From an uncultured archaeon (GTDB lineage Archaea; Thermoproteota; Nitrososphaeria; Nitrososphaerales; Gagatemarchaeaceae): DNA of 64,000 nt. Of the stretch, positions 28,698 to 39,444 are shown piece by piece (the stretch's first letter is position 1; every line of letters begins with the position of its first letter). The notes under the pieces were generated by a model, which was not told where the DNA came from, did not search any database, and was given only the letters and a program-made list of their open reading frames with translations. The stretch is taken from the NCBI GenBank assembly GCA_963799775.1, contig CAWCYD010000003.1:1664001-1728000 (forward strand), read 5' to 3'. Made by a program: the position numbers and the translations under genes.

Positions 28698-30251
28698 ATG
28701 ATAAAGAATGGAAGCAAAATACCGAAGAAGAGCATTATGATGCTGGGCGTAACCGCCCTGCTCGTCGCGGGGATACTGGGAGGTTACGGCGTTCTGCCGA
28801 GGGCTTTCGCAGCGACGCCATCCCTTAACACCGCCGCGCCTTTCGCTGTCCTAGCATACTCTGGTATCACCAATACCGGAACCACCACAATCACGGGTAA
28901 CGTGGGGTCGTATCCTACTGCCTCTGAAACCGGATTCGGCACAGTTACCATCACTGGAACGAACTATCCTGGCGGCGCACCATCAACGACTCAAACCGAC
29001 CTCGCTGCCGCCATTGTGACAGCGATGGGAAACACACCCTCCACCATAGTGACAGCCCTAGATGCCCAAACTCTGGTACCGGGTGTCTATAGTGCCGCTT
29101 CCTCAACCTTCACTCTGTCTGGTGGAGTTCTTACCTTGAACGGTAACGGCAACTCGGCTTCGGTCTGGATCTTCCAAGCGCCAGCCGCCATAGCAGGAGC
29201 GCTTTCCACAACAGGCGGTAGCGTCGTCCTCGAGAACGGTGCAGACTCCTGCAACGTCTTCTGGGTAACAAGCGCAGGCGGAGCTACCATAGGCACGGGT
29301 ACCTCCTTCGTAGGAATCATAATGGCCTACTCGAGCGTCACGCTCGCAACGGGCGCATCGCTCAAGGGTGCTGCCTTGGCGAACACTGGCGACGTCACAA
29401 TGCAAAGCAACACCATCTCGAACACTTGTGTCATCGCATCTGTAACTTCGACCTCAACTACGACCACATCGACAGGAACAACAACCACATCGACCGGCAC
29501 TGGGCACGCCCCCGTGTGTGACAGCGCAGTGTATGAGGGCTACTACACGAGCGCCGCTTCCGGGCAGACGGTCCAATTCTCGGGTCTCACCTACGCGGCC
29601 GCCCTCAACCTCGTAGTCAACAACCCTCCGGCATCCATGAACTGCGAGTTCGTGCCAACACCGGCCCAACAATGCCCACCCAGCGGATCGCCAGCAATTT
29701 TGACGGTCAACGCCCAGGACGCCAATGGCAGCGCTCTCAATGGCCTCAGCGTGCTCTTCAATTGCTACAACACAATGACGACTTCGAACGGCTTCACTCC
29801 ATACACCATCCCAGTGATACCTGGCATGGAGCACATCGTGGCGGTCCTTGACTATGGCTGCTACGCCTTCGACCATTGGGCCGACACCGGTTCCGCGCTC
29901 AGGTACAGGTCGTTCTCAATCACGACAGCGACCACATTCACGGCGGTATACCGAAACACCTGCCAACCAGCCCCAACGAACTCGTCCACCATCTCGGTGA
30001 ACGCGGTCGACTCGTCGGGCAACGCGATAACAGGCCTCTACACCACCCTATGGCAGAACGGCGTCTTGCAGCAGAGCTGTTTTGCGCCGTGCTCGCTGAC
30101 CGTCAGCAACGGGCAGACCTACCAGGTGGCGGTGGCAGACTTTGGCAGCCACGCTTTCACGCGCTGGGCGGACGGCACGACGAGCCGGTTCCACACAATC
30201 ACAGTCGGCAGCGCGAGCACGACGATCAGCCTCATAGCCATCTACACCTAG
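28698..30251 (+). CDS. Secreted ice-binding protein (DUF3494) with Thr linker and two C-terminal beta repeats
   Basis: FAVLAYSGITNTGTTTITGNVG, LVPGVY, LTLNGNGNSASVWIFQ, NVFWV, ATIGTGTSFVGIIMA and VTLATGASLKGAALA; signal peptide ending AFA. Confidence 0.9.
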   Translation: MIKNGSKIPKKSIMMLGVTALLVAGILGGYGVLPRAFAATPSLNTAAPFAVLAYSGITNTGTTTITGNVGSYPTASETGFGTVTITGTNYPGGAPSTTQTDLAAAIVTAMGNTPSTIVTALDAQTLVPGVYSAASSTFTLSGGVLTLNGNGNSASVWIFQAPAAIAGALSTTGGSVVLENGADSCNVFWVTSAGGATIGTGTSFVGIIMAYSSVTLATGASLKGAALANTGDVTMQSNTISNTCVIASVTSTSTTTTSTGTTTTSTGTGHAPVCDSAVYEGYYTSAASGQTVQFSGLTYAAALNLVVNNPPASMNCEFVPTPAQQCPPSGSPAILTVNAQDANGSALNGLSVLFNCYNTMTTSNGFTPYTIPVIPGMEHIVAVLDYGCYAFDHWADTGSALRYRSFSITTATTFTAVYRNTCQPAPTNSSTISVNAVDSSGNAITGLYTTLWQNGVLQQSCFAPCSLTVSNGQTYQVAVADFGSHAFTRWADGTTSRFHTITVGSASTTISLIAIYT

Positions 30252-30373
30252 TCTCGCAGGTTGCGAGTTGAAGACCCGGAATGAGCGCTGAGCCTGAAGA
30301 AATGTTAACAATACGGCTTGCAGCGAGCGGTCTCCCGGATGTCCACAGAACATCGGACTGGCGAGTCTAGGGT

Positions 30374-31081
30374 TTGAGAGCGGCTATCCACCAGCCCCAG
30401 TACTTCCCCTACCCTGGCTTCTTCCACAAGCTGAGCATGGCCGACGTCTTCGTCATCATGGACGACGCCCAATACGACAAGAGGTACACGAACCGGAACA
30501 AGATCCTGAACCCGCAGGGGCCCCTCGAACTGACCGTCCCGATAAACAAGGCCCAAAAGTTCCTTCCGAACATCTCGGTGGAGATCAACAACGGCATGCC
30601 TTGGCGCGAGGACCATTGGAAGAAGATTCTCATCTCCTACGCGAACGCGAGGTTCTTCCATCTCTACAAGGATTATCTCGAGGCCCTCTACAAGAGAGAG
30701 TGGCTCATGCTCTTCGAGCTTGACCTGGAGACGACCAAGAAGACCATGGAGTGGCTCGGGATCAAGATTCCCATCCTAAGAGAGTCTGAGCTCAAGGTCA
30801 CGGGAAAGGCGACGGAGCGCCTCGTGAACGTCTGCAAGAAGCTGGGCGCCGACACGTACGTGTCCGGCCCCGGCGGCAAATCCTACCTCGAGGAGGGGCT
30901 GTTTGAGCAAAACAACATCAGGCTGGTGTATCAGCGGTATGCGCCTGCCACCTATCCCCAGAGGTTCACGAGCGAGTTCGTCCCCAACCTATCCATCATA
31001 GACATGCTCGCGAACGTGGGCTCCGAGAGCATGGGCCTCATAGTGGGACCGAGGGAAGACGCCTCGAGCAGCCACCATTAG
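30374..31081 (+). CDS. WbqC-family protein
   Basis: AIHQPQYFPYPGFFHK, DDAQY...NRNKI, YVSGPGGKSYL and LSIIDMLAN motifs. Confidence 0.92.
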   Translation: MRAAIHQPQYFPYPGFFHKLSMADVFVIMDDAQYDKRYTNRNKILNPQGPLELTVPINKAQKFLPNISVEINNGMPWREDHWKKILISYANARFFHLYKDYLEALYKREWLMLFELDLETTKKTMEWLGIKIPILRESELKVTGKATERLVNVCKKLGADTYVSGPGGKSYLEEGLFEQNNIRLVYQRYAPATYPQRFTSEFVPNLSIIDMLANVGSESMGLIVGPREDASSSHH

Positions 31082-31209
31082 GCTGGAAGCGCCTCCGATT
31101 ACGGAAAGGGAACGAAGTGCAGGTCGAGATGGCCTAGTCGATTCCACTAGGGAGCTCCTACCGGGAACTCAGGCGTGTTCCACATTACTTACGACCCGTC
31201 TTTCATCTC

Positions 31210-32970
31210 GTGTGCTCGATTATCGGTTACTCCGGCAGTGAGCAGGCAGCCACATTGCTTGTCGGAGGACTGCGCCGCATGGAATACAGGGGATATGACA
31301 GCGCAGGTGTGGCGACCCTCTTCGGCAACCAGATACTGCTGAAGAAGAGCACCGGAAAGGTAGACGAGGTAAACAAGGCGGTTCACCTCGATGGCCTCCC
31401 TGGCAACGTCGGAGTGGGGCACACTCGGTGGGCCACCCATGGGGGAGTGACGGAGGCAAACGCGCATCCTCACTTGTCCAGTTCGGGCAAGGTAGTCATC
31501 GTGCACAATGGCATTATCGATAACCACCGTGAGCTTCGAGAGATCCTTGCGCAAAGCGGGAGCGTCTTCAGGAGCGAGACCGACAGCGAGGTAATCGCCG
31601 AGCTGCTCGAGCGAAATTACGGCCGAACGGGCGACGCCAAGGAAGCTGTGATACAGGCGGTATCCGAGCTGAAGGGAAGCTACGCCTTTGTCGCGATGTT
31701 CGACAACGGGACGCTGGTGGCAGTCCGGTTTCACCAGCCGCTCATAGTCGGCTTGAGCAAGCAGGGATATTTCGTCGCCAGCGACATTTTGGGATTCGTG
31801 GAGCACGCGGACAAGGCGATATTCCTAGAGGATCGAGACATCGTCACAATAACCAAAGAAGGGCTCTTCGTGGGCAACATCGAAAGAACCCCCACGGCGC
31901 ATCGCATCGTGAAGCTATCGAACAAGGTCGGTGAGACCGGGAGAGGAGAGTTCGCGCATCACACGCTGAAGGAGATCTTCGAGCAGCCGGTGACCGTGAG
32001 GCGAGCGGGGCGTGAGACCGAGCGAGAGATGACAGAGGCCTTGCAAATGGTCAAGGAAGCCAAGAGCGTCTACATAACGGGCAGTGGGACCAGCTTCCAC
32101 GCGGCACTGATGGCGAAGCACCTTTTTTCGAAGCACGCCGGAATTACTATCGAGCCAATCACTGCCAGCGAGGTGAGGTTTTCCCCCTACCACTTCGGTC
32201 GGGGCTCCATCCTGATCGCAGTCTCCCAGAGCGGCGAGAGCGCAGACGTCTTGGAAGCTGTGGCATGGGCCAAGGAGCGCGGTTCGGAGATCATCTCAAT
32301 CGTCAACGTGATGACGTCCTCGCTGGTCCGCATGTCCTCGATATCGCTGGGCTTGAACTGCGGACCTGAAATCGGGGTCGCAGCGACCAAGAGCTTCACA
32401 TCCCAGCTTGTCACGCTTTACGAGATGGCCGACAGGCTCTGCGGGGGGTGCATCGGCCTGGATCTGAACGAGGTATCGGAGGAAATCTCAAATGCCCTGA
32501 GGAACCACCTGAAAATCAGGGACGTTGCGAGGAAGCTCAGAGCCGTCTCTGACATGTATGTCGCGGGCAGGGGAATCCACTACTTCGTGGCCGCCGAGGG
32601 GGCCCTCAAGCTGAAAGAGCTGTCCTACATACATGCCGAGGCCATCCTAGGCGGAGAGCTGAAGCACGGACCGATGGCCCTCTTGGACTCCGACTACTAC
32701 GTGATAGTGATCAATCCCCATGATTCGACATACTTCGACATCTTGCTGGGCGCCCGCGAGGCGAAGGCCAGGGGTGCAAAGATCATCGGGATCTCCGAGA
32801 AGAACAACGACGTCTACGACCACTGGATCGAGATACCCAGCGTCAGGCACGACCTGTTCCCGTTCGTCGAGCTAGTCCCTCTCCAGCTCCTGGCTTACTA
32901 TCTGGCTCTAGAGAGAGACGTCGATCCCGACTACCCGAGAAACCTGGCGAAATCTGTCACCGTCAGATAG
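31210..32970 (+). CDS. glmS: Glutamine-fructose-6-phosphate transaminase
   Basis: N-terminal Cys, EYRGYDSAG, GHTRWATHG, SQSGE and PRNLAKSVTV motifs. Confidence 0.95.
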   Translation: MCSIIGYSGSEQAATLLVGGLRRMEYRGYDSAGVATLFGNQILLKKSTGKVDEVNKAVHLDGLPGNVGVGHTRWATHGGVTEANAHPHLSSSGKVVIVHNGIIDNHRELREILAQSGSVFRSETDSEVIAELLERNYGRTGDAKEAVIQAVSELKGSYAFVAMFDNGTLVAVRFHQPLIVGLSKQGYFVASDILGFVEHADKAIFLEDRDIVTITKEGLFVGNIERTPTAHRIVKLSNKVGETGRGEFAHHTLKEIFEQPVTVRRAGRETEREMTEALQMVKEAKSVYITGSGTSFHAALMAKHLFSKHAGITIEPITASEVRFSPYHFGRGSILIAVSQSGESADVLEAVAWAKERGSEIISIVNVMTSSLVRMSSISLGLNCGPEIGVAATKSFTSQLVTLYEMADRLCGGCIGLDLNEVSEEISNALRNHLKIRDVARKLRAVSDMYVAGRGIHYFVAAEGALKLKELSYIHAEAILGGELKHGPMALLDSDYYVIVINPHDSTYFDILLGAREAKARGAKIIGISEKNNDVYDHWIEIPSVRHDLFPFVELVPLQLLAYYLALERDVDPDYPRNLAKSVTVR

Positions 32971-33093
32971 CCGGGTCCGCGGCCGGGCGTCGAGACCCCG
33001 CAAAATGAAGCCGGGGCAAAGAGCGTTTTGCTAGTGGATTGTCCCAGTGGCTGCAGGCGTAATCCAGATGGTAGCCGAACCCGATAGGAGAGC

Positions 33094-33318
33094 ATGCAAG
33101 CGTTAGAGAAGACGCAATCGATGACACCGAACCCCGATCTGACGCATCCAACGGTAACTGCGTTCCAAGGCATGAACCCGCTCATCCAAAGATGCGACTC
33201 GTGCAAGAACAGCATGTCCGTCGAAGAGGGCGACGTCATTCAAGGAGACAAGTGGTACCACGCCTCATGCGCAACGACTATGCAAGAGCCTGGCGCACGC
33301 GACAACGGTCGCCGGTGA
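33094..33318 (+). CDS. Small Zn-finger protein (CxxC...HxxC)
   Basis: RCDSCKNSM...KWYHASC. Confidence 0.6.
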   Translation: MQALEKTQSMTPNPDLTHPTVTAFQGMNPLIQRCDSCKNSMSVEEGDVIQGDKWYHASCATTMQEPGARDNGRR

Positions 33319-33364
33319 GCAGCTAGATGTCACTCCTAGGGATAGCGTAGTTGCGAGCTTTTCA

Positions 33365-34567
33365 CTAAGAGCTCGTTAAGCCCGTCCTCTTCTTCATCCT
33401 CTCTACTGCTTCTCTCAGCGTCCTGTTCTGCTTGGGGAACGCCAGCCTCACCTTCTTCTTCCCCAGCCCCGGCGTCGCGAAGAAGCTCGAGGCGGGGACC
33501 ATCGCGACGCCGCCGTCCTTGACCATGTGATCGGCGAAGCTGTAGTCGTCGCCCTTCCAGACAGCGTGAAAGTCCGCAAGGATGTAGTAGGCGCCCTGCG
33601 GCTTCAGGCAGTCATAACCCATCGACTCGAGGTTCTTCAGAAGGTAGTCTCGCTTCTTGGTGTAGTCCTCCGTCAGCTTGGAGTAGTAGGATTCGGGTAG
33701 GCTGAAGCCGGCGAGGGCCGCCCTCTGGAGCGGCGAGGGAGCGCAGACGGTCAGAAAGTCGTGCACCTTCCTTATCGCTTCTGTGAGCCTCTTCTCGGCC
33801 ACGGTGTAGCCGATCCTCCAACCCGTCACGCTGTAGGTCTTGGACGCGCCGGAGATGGTCACCGTCGAGTCTGCCATGTCGCCGACCGTCGCGAGGCTGA
33901 CGTGCTTCTGCCCGTCATAGACTATCTGCTCGTAAATCTCGTCGGTTATCGCGAGCACGCCGTAGTCGGAGCAGAGGTCTGCGACAATCTTGAGCTCGCT
34001 CCGGGAGAAGACCCTCCCTGTGGGGTTGTTGGGGGTGTTGATCATGATCGCCTTTGGTTTGCGGCTGAAAGCGCGCTTCAGCTCCTCCTCGTCCAACTTG
34101 AAACCTGGCTCCTTGAGCGTCACGTGCCGCACTTTCGCGCCGGAGATTATCGCGGAGGGGAGGTAGCATTCGTAGAATGGCTCGGGGATGATCACCTCGT
34201 CGCTCGAGTCCGTCAGCGCGAGCATAGTCGCGACCATCGCCTCGGTCGCTCCGCAAGTCACAGTGACGTTGTCCTCGCCCGTCGCCTCGATGCCGTTGAA
34301 GCGGCCTGCCTTCGCCGCTATAGCGGCCCTGAGCTCGGTCGACCCCCAGGTTATCTCGTACTGGTTGTAGTCTTCCTTCACCGCGCGAGCCGCGGCTTCC
34401 TTGAGCGCCGAGGGAGCGGGAAAGTCAGGATATCCCTGGGCCATGTTGATGGCCCCGTGGACGGCCGCCAGCCTGGTCATCTCCCGGATGACCGAGTCTG
34501 TGAAGAGCCTCACTCGTGGAGCGACAGGGTCGCGTGTACTCGGGTCTGGAGTCTTCGCTGCTTTCAT
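33365..34567 (-). CDS. PLP-dependent class I/II aminotransferase
   Basis: AINMAQGYPDF, NTPNNPTG, TDEIY and SKTYSVTGWRIG; start MKAAKT at 34567. Confidence 0.9.
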   Translation of the reverse strand: MKAAKTPDPSTRDPVAPRVRLFTDSVIREMTRLAAVHGAINMAQGYPDFPAPSALKEAAARAVKEDYNQYEITWGSTELRAAIAAKAGRFNGIEATGEDNVTVTCGATEAMVATMLALTDSSDEVIIPEPFYECYLPSAIISGAKVRHVTLKEPGFKLDEEELKRAFSRKPKAIMINTPNNPTGRVFSRSELKIVADLCSDYGVLAITDEIYEQIVYDGQKHVSLATVGDMADSTVTISGASKTYSVTGWRIGYTVAEKRLTEAIRKVHDFLTVCAPSPLQRAALAGFSLPESYYSKLTEDYTKKRDYLLKNLESMGYDCLKPQGAYYILADFHAVWKGDDYSFADHMVKDGGVAMVPASSFFATPGLGKKKVRLAFPKQNRTLREAVERMKKRTGLTSS

Positions 34568-34569
34568 CT

Positions 34570-35335
34570 CTAGGCCCCTGCCTTGCGCCCCACAAACACC
34601 AGGTCCCTGAACTGGTTCTCTCCTCTGGTCGTCCTGAATGTCCAGTCGACGTAGTGCATCGTCTCGGCAAAGCCGACCTCTTGGAGAATCCCGAGGATTT
34701 CCTTTGCGTCGAAGAGCCCCAGCCTGTGCACGTCGTTCCTTAGCACTATCGTCTTTGGGCCGTCCTTGATGAGATACGAGAAGGTGATCTCCCCTACGTC
34801 TCCTTCCTTCTTCGAGATCCCCAGTCGCGCACCCATCACCCTTCCCTCGTCGAAGATGTCCTCGCCTCTGTAGCCGTCTTTGAACCCTTTCTTCGTGAAG
34901 TGCGTGTCGAAGACCACGACGCCGCCGGCAGACAGGTGGCTGTAGAACCCCTGTAGGGTCCGTCTCAGCTCTGCGGCCGTCACGTTGTAGGAGATCGCGC
35001 TGAAGAGGCACACCACCGCGTCATACCTGCCCTGGACCGCCTCGTCGAGGTCCCTCATGTCGCCGCGGACGAACGTCGCATGGCCCCCGAGCTTCCTCCG
35101 CGCGATTCTCAGCATGTCCTCGCTGATGTCGACGCAGGTCACCTCGTAGCCCTTCCCGACGAGGATCTTGGCGTGGTTCCCCGTCCCGCATGCGACGTCC
35201 AGGATGCGCTTTCCTTGCGCGCCGTACTTCTTGAGGGACCTTCAAGAGAAAGCCCACCTCTTGGTCGTAGTCCTTCCACCAGTATATCCTGTCGTAGTAG
35301 TCCACGAGCTGCGAGTAGAGGGCGCGCTTCGGCAC
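34570..35335 (-). CDS. Class I SAM-dependent methyltransferase (frameshift near 35240)
   Basis: YYDRIYWWKDY, ILDVACGTG in the shifted frame, VDISEDML and GDMRD. Confidence 0.85.
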
Positions 35336-35390
35336 GAGCGGTCGCCCGTTCGAAGGAGATTTAATTCTGACCTCTCGGCCACATCGTCCA

Positions 35391-36368
35391 GTGGCGGTAG
35401 TCGAGGTCCGGAGCCTCAGGCGGGTCTTCAAGTCGAAGAAGAGCGAGTTCGTCGCACTGGCGGGTGTGGACCTCGACGTCAAGCAAGGGGAGATCTTCGG
35501 CTTGCTCGGACCCAACGGCGCGGGCAAGACCACGCTGATCAGGATCCTCACGACGCTCCTTCTCCCCACCTCTGGGAAGGCCACGGTGTGCGGGTTCGAC
35601 GTGGCGAAGGAGCCGGAGAAGGTCAGGCCGCTGATAGGCGTGGCCAGCGGCTCCGAGCGGCCAGGCTACGACTTCATCACGGCCCGGGGCAACCTCTGGT
35701 TCTTCTCCCAGCTCTACGGGATATCGACGGCCGAGGCGAACGAGCGGATCAAGGAACTCTCGACCCTCCTCCAGTTCAGCGAGCAGCTCGACAATAAGCT
35801 CTACACGCTCTCGACCGGGTATCGGCAGAGGGTGACGATAGCGAGGGGGTTCATCAACGACCCCAAGGTCGTCTTCATGGACGAGCCCACCTCGGGCCTC
35901 GACGTCATAACCGCGAGGACCATCAGGCAGTTCCTCCTCGACCAGGCGAAGGACCGCGGCCGGACCATCTTCCTCGCGACCCACAACATGGTGGAGGGGG
36001 AGACCATCTGCGACAGGCTCGCGATAATCGACAGGGGGAAGGTGCTCGCGTGCGACACCGCCCCGGCGCTGAAGAGGCAGGTGGGGAGGCAGGTGGTGGT
36101 CATGGAGGCGGGCCCTCCCCAGCCCCTGCAGTTCGTGAACGGCCTGCCCGGCGTGAGGGGGTTCTCCTCGACGGTGGACGAGGAGAAGGACCTCGCGACC
36201 CTGAGGCTCCTCGTGGACAACGAGGCCGCCGAGGCCGGGGTGGGGAGGGAGCTCGAGAAGAGGGGGATGAAGGTCTACGCCTCATGGAAGCAGGAGCCCA
36301 CCCTGGAGGAGGTCTTCATCAAGTTCGTCGGCCGCGGGTTCTCGGAGAGCGAGGGCGATGGAGCCTAG
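35391..36368 (+). CDS. ABC-2 transporter ATP-binding subunit
   Basis: GPNGAGKTT, LSTG, FMDEPT and TH motifs. Confidence 0.92.
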   Translation: MAVVEVRSLRRVFKSKKSEFVALAGVDLDVKQGEIFGLLGPNGAGKTTLIRILTTLLLPTSGKATVCGFDVAKEPEKVRPLIGVASGSERPGYDFITARGNLWFFSQLYGISTAEANERIKELSTLLQFSEQLDNKLYTLSTGYRQRVTIARGFINDPKVVFMDEPTSGLDVITARTIRQFLLDQAKDRGRTIFLATHNMVEGETICDRLAIIDRGKVLACDTAPALKRQVGRQVVVMEAGPPQPLQFVNGLPGVRGFSSTVDEEKDLATLRLLVDNEAAEAGVGRELEKRGMKVYASWKQEPTLEEVFIKFVGRGFSESEGDGA

Positions 36369-37174
36369 GCTCTGGTTCAGGACGATGTATGCGCGCACCT
36401 GGGTGAGGGTGCGGAGCATGTACGGGGAGCCCCTCTGGATGATCGTGGGCATCGCCTTCCCCCTCTTCACGACCTTCGGCCTGGGGTTCCTCTACAGGAG
36501 CGCGGGGGCCGGGGACGTCGCGGGGTTCGCGGTGCTCGGAGGGATAGCCGTCTCGTTCTGGAGCAACGTGGTGTGGTCGATGGCGACCCAGTTCTACTGG
36601 GACAAGCAGGAGGGCATCTTCGAGCTCTACCTCGTCTCGCCGGCCCCCGTCTCAGCGATCCTCGTGGGGATGTCAGTGGGCGGCTTCGCGGGGACGGCGC
36701 CCTCCGCCTTGCTCGTCGGGGTGGTCGGATGGCAGGTCTTCGGCTCGCCCGTCTCGCCCTCGTGGCTGCTCATCGCCGCCGGGTTCATGCTCACGATAGT
36801 CGCGCTCTACTCCCTCGGGATGCTCCTCGCGTCCGTCTACCTTGCGTACGGGAGGTCGGCGGAGTCGCTCAACGACTCTGTCCAGACGTCGGTCTCTATG
36901 TTCTCGGGCCTCTACTTCCCGGCGGTGGGGCTTGGCTCTCCCTTCCCGGCGGCGCTCCAGCTGGCGGTCTCGCTCATACCTCTGACGATCGGGATGGACG
37001 TCCTGCGCAAGGGCGTCTTCGGGTCCCCGACGTCCTCGTTCCCCACGGTCACCCAGGGCCCTGGCTATCCTCGCGGTGCTCTGCGTCCTGTTCTTCATCG
37101 CCGCCCAGAGGGCAATCAACTACATGAGAGAGAAGGGGAGGAAGAGCGGCTCTCTTGTGGTGAGGCTGCGATGA
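36358..37174 (+). CDS. ABC-2 permease 1 (frameshift near 37060)
   Basis: DKQEGIFELYLVSP and FSGLYFP; six TM helices. Confidence 0.8.
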
Positions 37175-38010
37175 GCTCGCTCCGGCCCCTCCTCGCATCG
37201 GTCTGGATGGGGTGGCAGAGGGAGATAGGCTGGGGGAACCCGGCGCTCGCGATACTCGCGAGGGCCATAGCGCCCGCGGCCGCCGCGCTCACGGCCTCGA
37301 TAGTCTACTGGTTCGGGGCGACGGCAGCGGGTGTCTTCGACCCTGGGCGCCTCGCCTACGTCGTCATCGGGGCGTCGCTTTACGGCCAGATAGCGCTCTA
37401 CGCCTACATCCCGACGTCCGCCATCTCGGAGGGGAAGAACAGCAACGTCTACCCGCAGGTCTACGTCACGCCCGCCTCGTCCATCCCCTACCTCGCGGGA
37501 AGGTGCATCGCGACCTTCCTCGAGTCGGTCCCGGTGGTGTTGCTCTCGATTGGGGTGTGCGCCTTGGTCAGCTCGGAGTTCTTCCACTCCAACCTTCCGC
37601 TCTTGGTCTCGCCGGCCTCTCTTGCGCTGGCGATAGCGGCTATGCTCCTCGTCTTCCCATCGGCACTCGGTTTGGGATACATCATAGGGTCGTACTCCAT
37701 CTTCGCGAGCAAGTTCGAGTGGGCCGTCCCGTCATACATCTCAGGGGCGCTCATGATCCTCTCGGAGGCCCTTTACCCCGCCTCGGTCTTGCCCTGGCCC
37801 CTCTCTGCCATCGCAGAGTCGCTTCCGTTCACCTACTTCATGAGGGCGACTAGGGACGCCCTCCTCTACAACTCCATGACTAGCTACGTCACGGACGCCG
37901 CGACGACACTCCTCCTCGGGCTCCCGTTGCTTGCCCTAGGCCTCCTGGTCTTCAAGTGGGGCGAGAACAGGGGAAGGGTGAAGGGATTTATCGACAGAAA
38001 GAGCATGTGA
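37171..38010 (+). CDS. ABC-2 permease 2
   Basis: Starts MSSLRPLL; LSEALYPASVLPWPL...LPFTY. Confidence 0.8.
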   Translation: MSSLRPLLASVWMGWQREIGWGNPALAILARAIAPAAAALTASIVYWFGATAAGVFDPGRLAYVVIGASLYGQIALYAYIPTSAISEGKNSNVYPQVYVTPASSIPYLAGRCIATFLESVPVVLLSIGVCALVSSEFFHSNLPLLVSPASLALAIAAMLLVFPSALGLGYIIGSYSIFASKFEWAVPSYISGALMILSEALYPASVLPWPLSAIAESLPFTYFMRATRDALLYNSMTSYVTDAATTLLLGLPLLALGLLVFKWGENRGRVKGFIDRKSM

Positions 38011-38050
38011 CAGTCACGTTGCCCTGCCATGACCCCCTAGGTCGGTCGCG

Positions 38051-39169
38051 CTGATAGCCGGCCACGCGACACAAGCGGGGACGTCGAAGTTCGCCGATTG
38101 GGCGGCCGCGTCCAAGGGCGTCAGCAAGGGCCACTTCAGGGAGTTCGCAGGGTTGAAGCTCTCCTCGCTCGGGATCGGGACGTATTTGGGGGATGTGGAC
38201 GCTGAGACGGACAGGATGGTCGAGGAGGCGGTCGTGCAGTCTGTCTCTTCCGGCGCGGTCAACGTCATCGACACGGCAATCAACTACAGGTTCCAGAGGG
38301 CCGAGAGGTCCGTCGGGAGAGCGGTGGCCCGGCTCGCCGGGAGCGGAGGGATTGGGGCAGGGCGGGAGGGACTGCTAGTATGCACCAAGAACGGCTACCT
38401 CACCTCCGACGGAGAGCTGCCTATCGATTTCTGGGCCTACGTCCAAAGAGAGTTCATCAAGCCGGGGAAGCTCAGGCCCGACGAGATAGCCGGGCAGGCC
38501 CACTCAATGGCCGTCCCTTTCCTCAAGGAGCAGCTGAGGAGGAGCCTGACGAACCTGGGCCTCGGGTGCGTGGACGTGCTCTACCTCCACAACGCCGCGG
38601 AGTCGTGGCTCGAGGAGTTGGGGCTCAGGCGGTTCGTCGAGAAGCTCTCCGAGATCTTCGCCTTCTACGAGGAGGAGAGGAAGGCCGGGCGCGTGCTCTA
38701 CTACGGCATGGCGACCTGGTCATGCTTCAGGGTGCTGAAGGACGACGCCGAGCACCTCAACCTCGACGACGTGGTCGACGTGGCCAAGGAGGTCGGCGGG
38801 GAAGACCACGGGTTCAAGTTCGTCCAGCTCCCGTTCAACACGGCGATGTCCGAGGCCCTGACCCAGAGGAACCAGAGGATAGCGGACGAGCCGCTGACCT
38901 TGTTTGACGCGGCGAGGAGGTTGGGCGTCGGCGTCTTCACCAGCGTGCCTCTCTCACAGGCGAGGCTGCTGAGCCAGACCAGGGTGCCGCCGCTCGAGGG
39001 CTCAAGGGCCCTTTCGTTGATCCAGTTCGCGCGGTCGGCGCATCCAGCCCTCATCGCCCCCCTCATCGGCCAGAAGGACCCGAGGCACACGGATGAGAAC
39101 CTCCGGATTTCGCAGATACCGCCTCTCGACGAGGCCGGGTTCAAGGAATCATACAAAGGCCTGATATAA
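38051..39169 (+). CDS. Aldo/keto reductase
   Basis: LSSLGIGTY, DTAINYR, TKNGY, YLHN and QLPFN; start approximate. Confidence 0.88.
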   Translation: MIAGHATQAGTSKFADWAAASKGVSKGHFREFAGLKLSSLGIGTYLGDVDAETDRMVEEAVVQSVSSGAVNVIDTAINYRFQRAERSVGRAVARLAGSGGIGAGREGLLVCTKNGYLTSDGELPIDFWAYVQREFIKPGKLRPDEIAGQAHSMAVPFLKEQLRRSLTNLGLGCVDVLYLHNAAESWLEELGLRRFVEKLSEIFAFYEEERKAGRVLYYGMATWSCFRVLKDDAEHLNLDDVVDVAKEVGGEDHGFKFVQLPFNTAMSEALTQRNQRIADEPLTLFDAARRLGVGVFTSVPLSQARLLSQTRVPPLEGSRALSLIQFARSAHPALIAPLIGQKDPRHTDENLRISQIPPLDEAGFKESYKGLI

Positions 39170-39181
39170 TGGAAAGGGAGA

Positions 39182-39406
39182 ATGCGGGGCGTTAAAGGCG
39201 TGAGAATCTATCTGCTTCTCCCGGGCATCCTGGTCGCGCTCGCCGGGGCGACGTTCACCCTCCAGGGCCTGGGCATAGTGGGCCCTTCAGGCTCATTCAT
39301 GTTCCAGAGCACGACCTGGATCTACTATGGTCTTGCAGCCTTCTTCGTCGGCTTGTTGCTCGCCGTCGGCGGGCTTTGGAAGAGCAAGCCAAAGCCGAAG
39401 CCCTGA
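39182..39406 (+). CDS. Small two-TM membrane protein
   Basis: FTLQGLGIVGPSGSFM...W motif. Confidence 0.65.
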   Translation: MRGVKGVRIYLLLPGILVALAGATFTLQGLGIVGPSGSFMFQSTTWIYYGLAAFFVGLLLAVGGLWKSKPKPKP

Positions 39407-39444
39407 GGACAGCGCGCCTGGTCGCGCCGTCCCCTGGATCGCTC

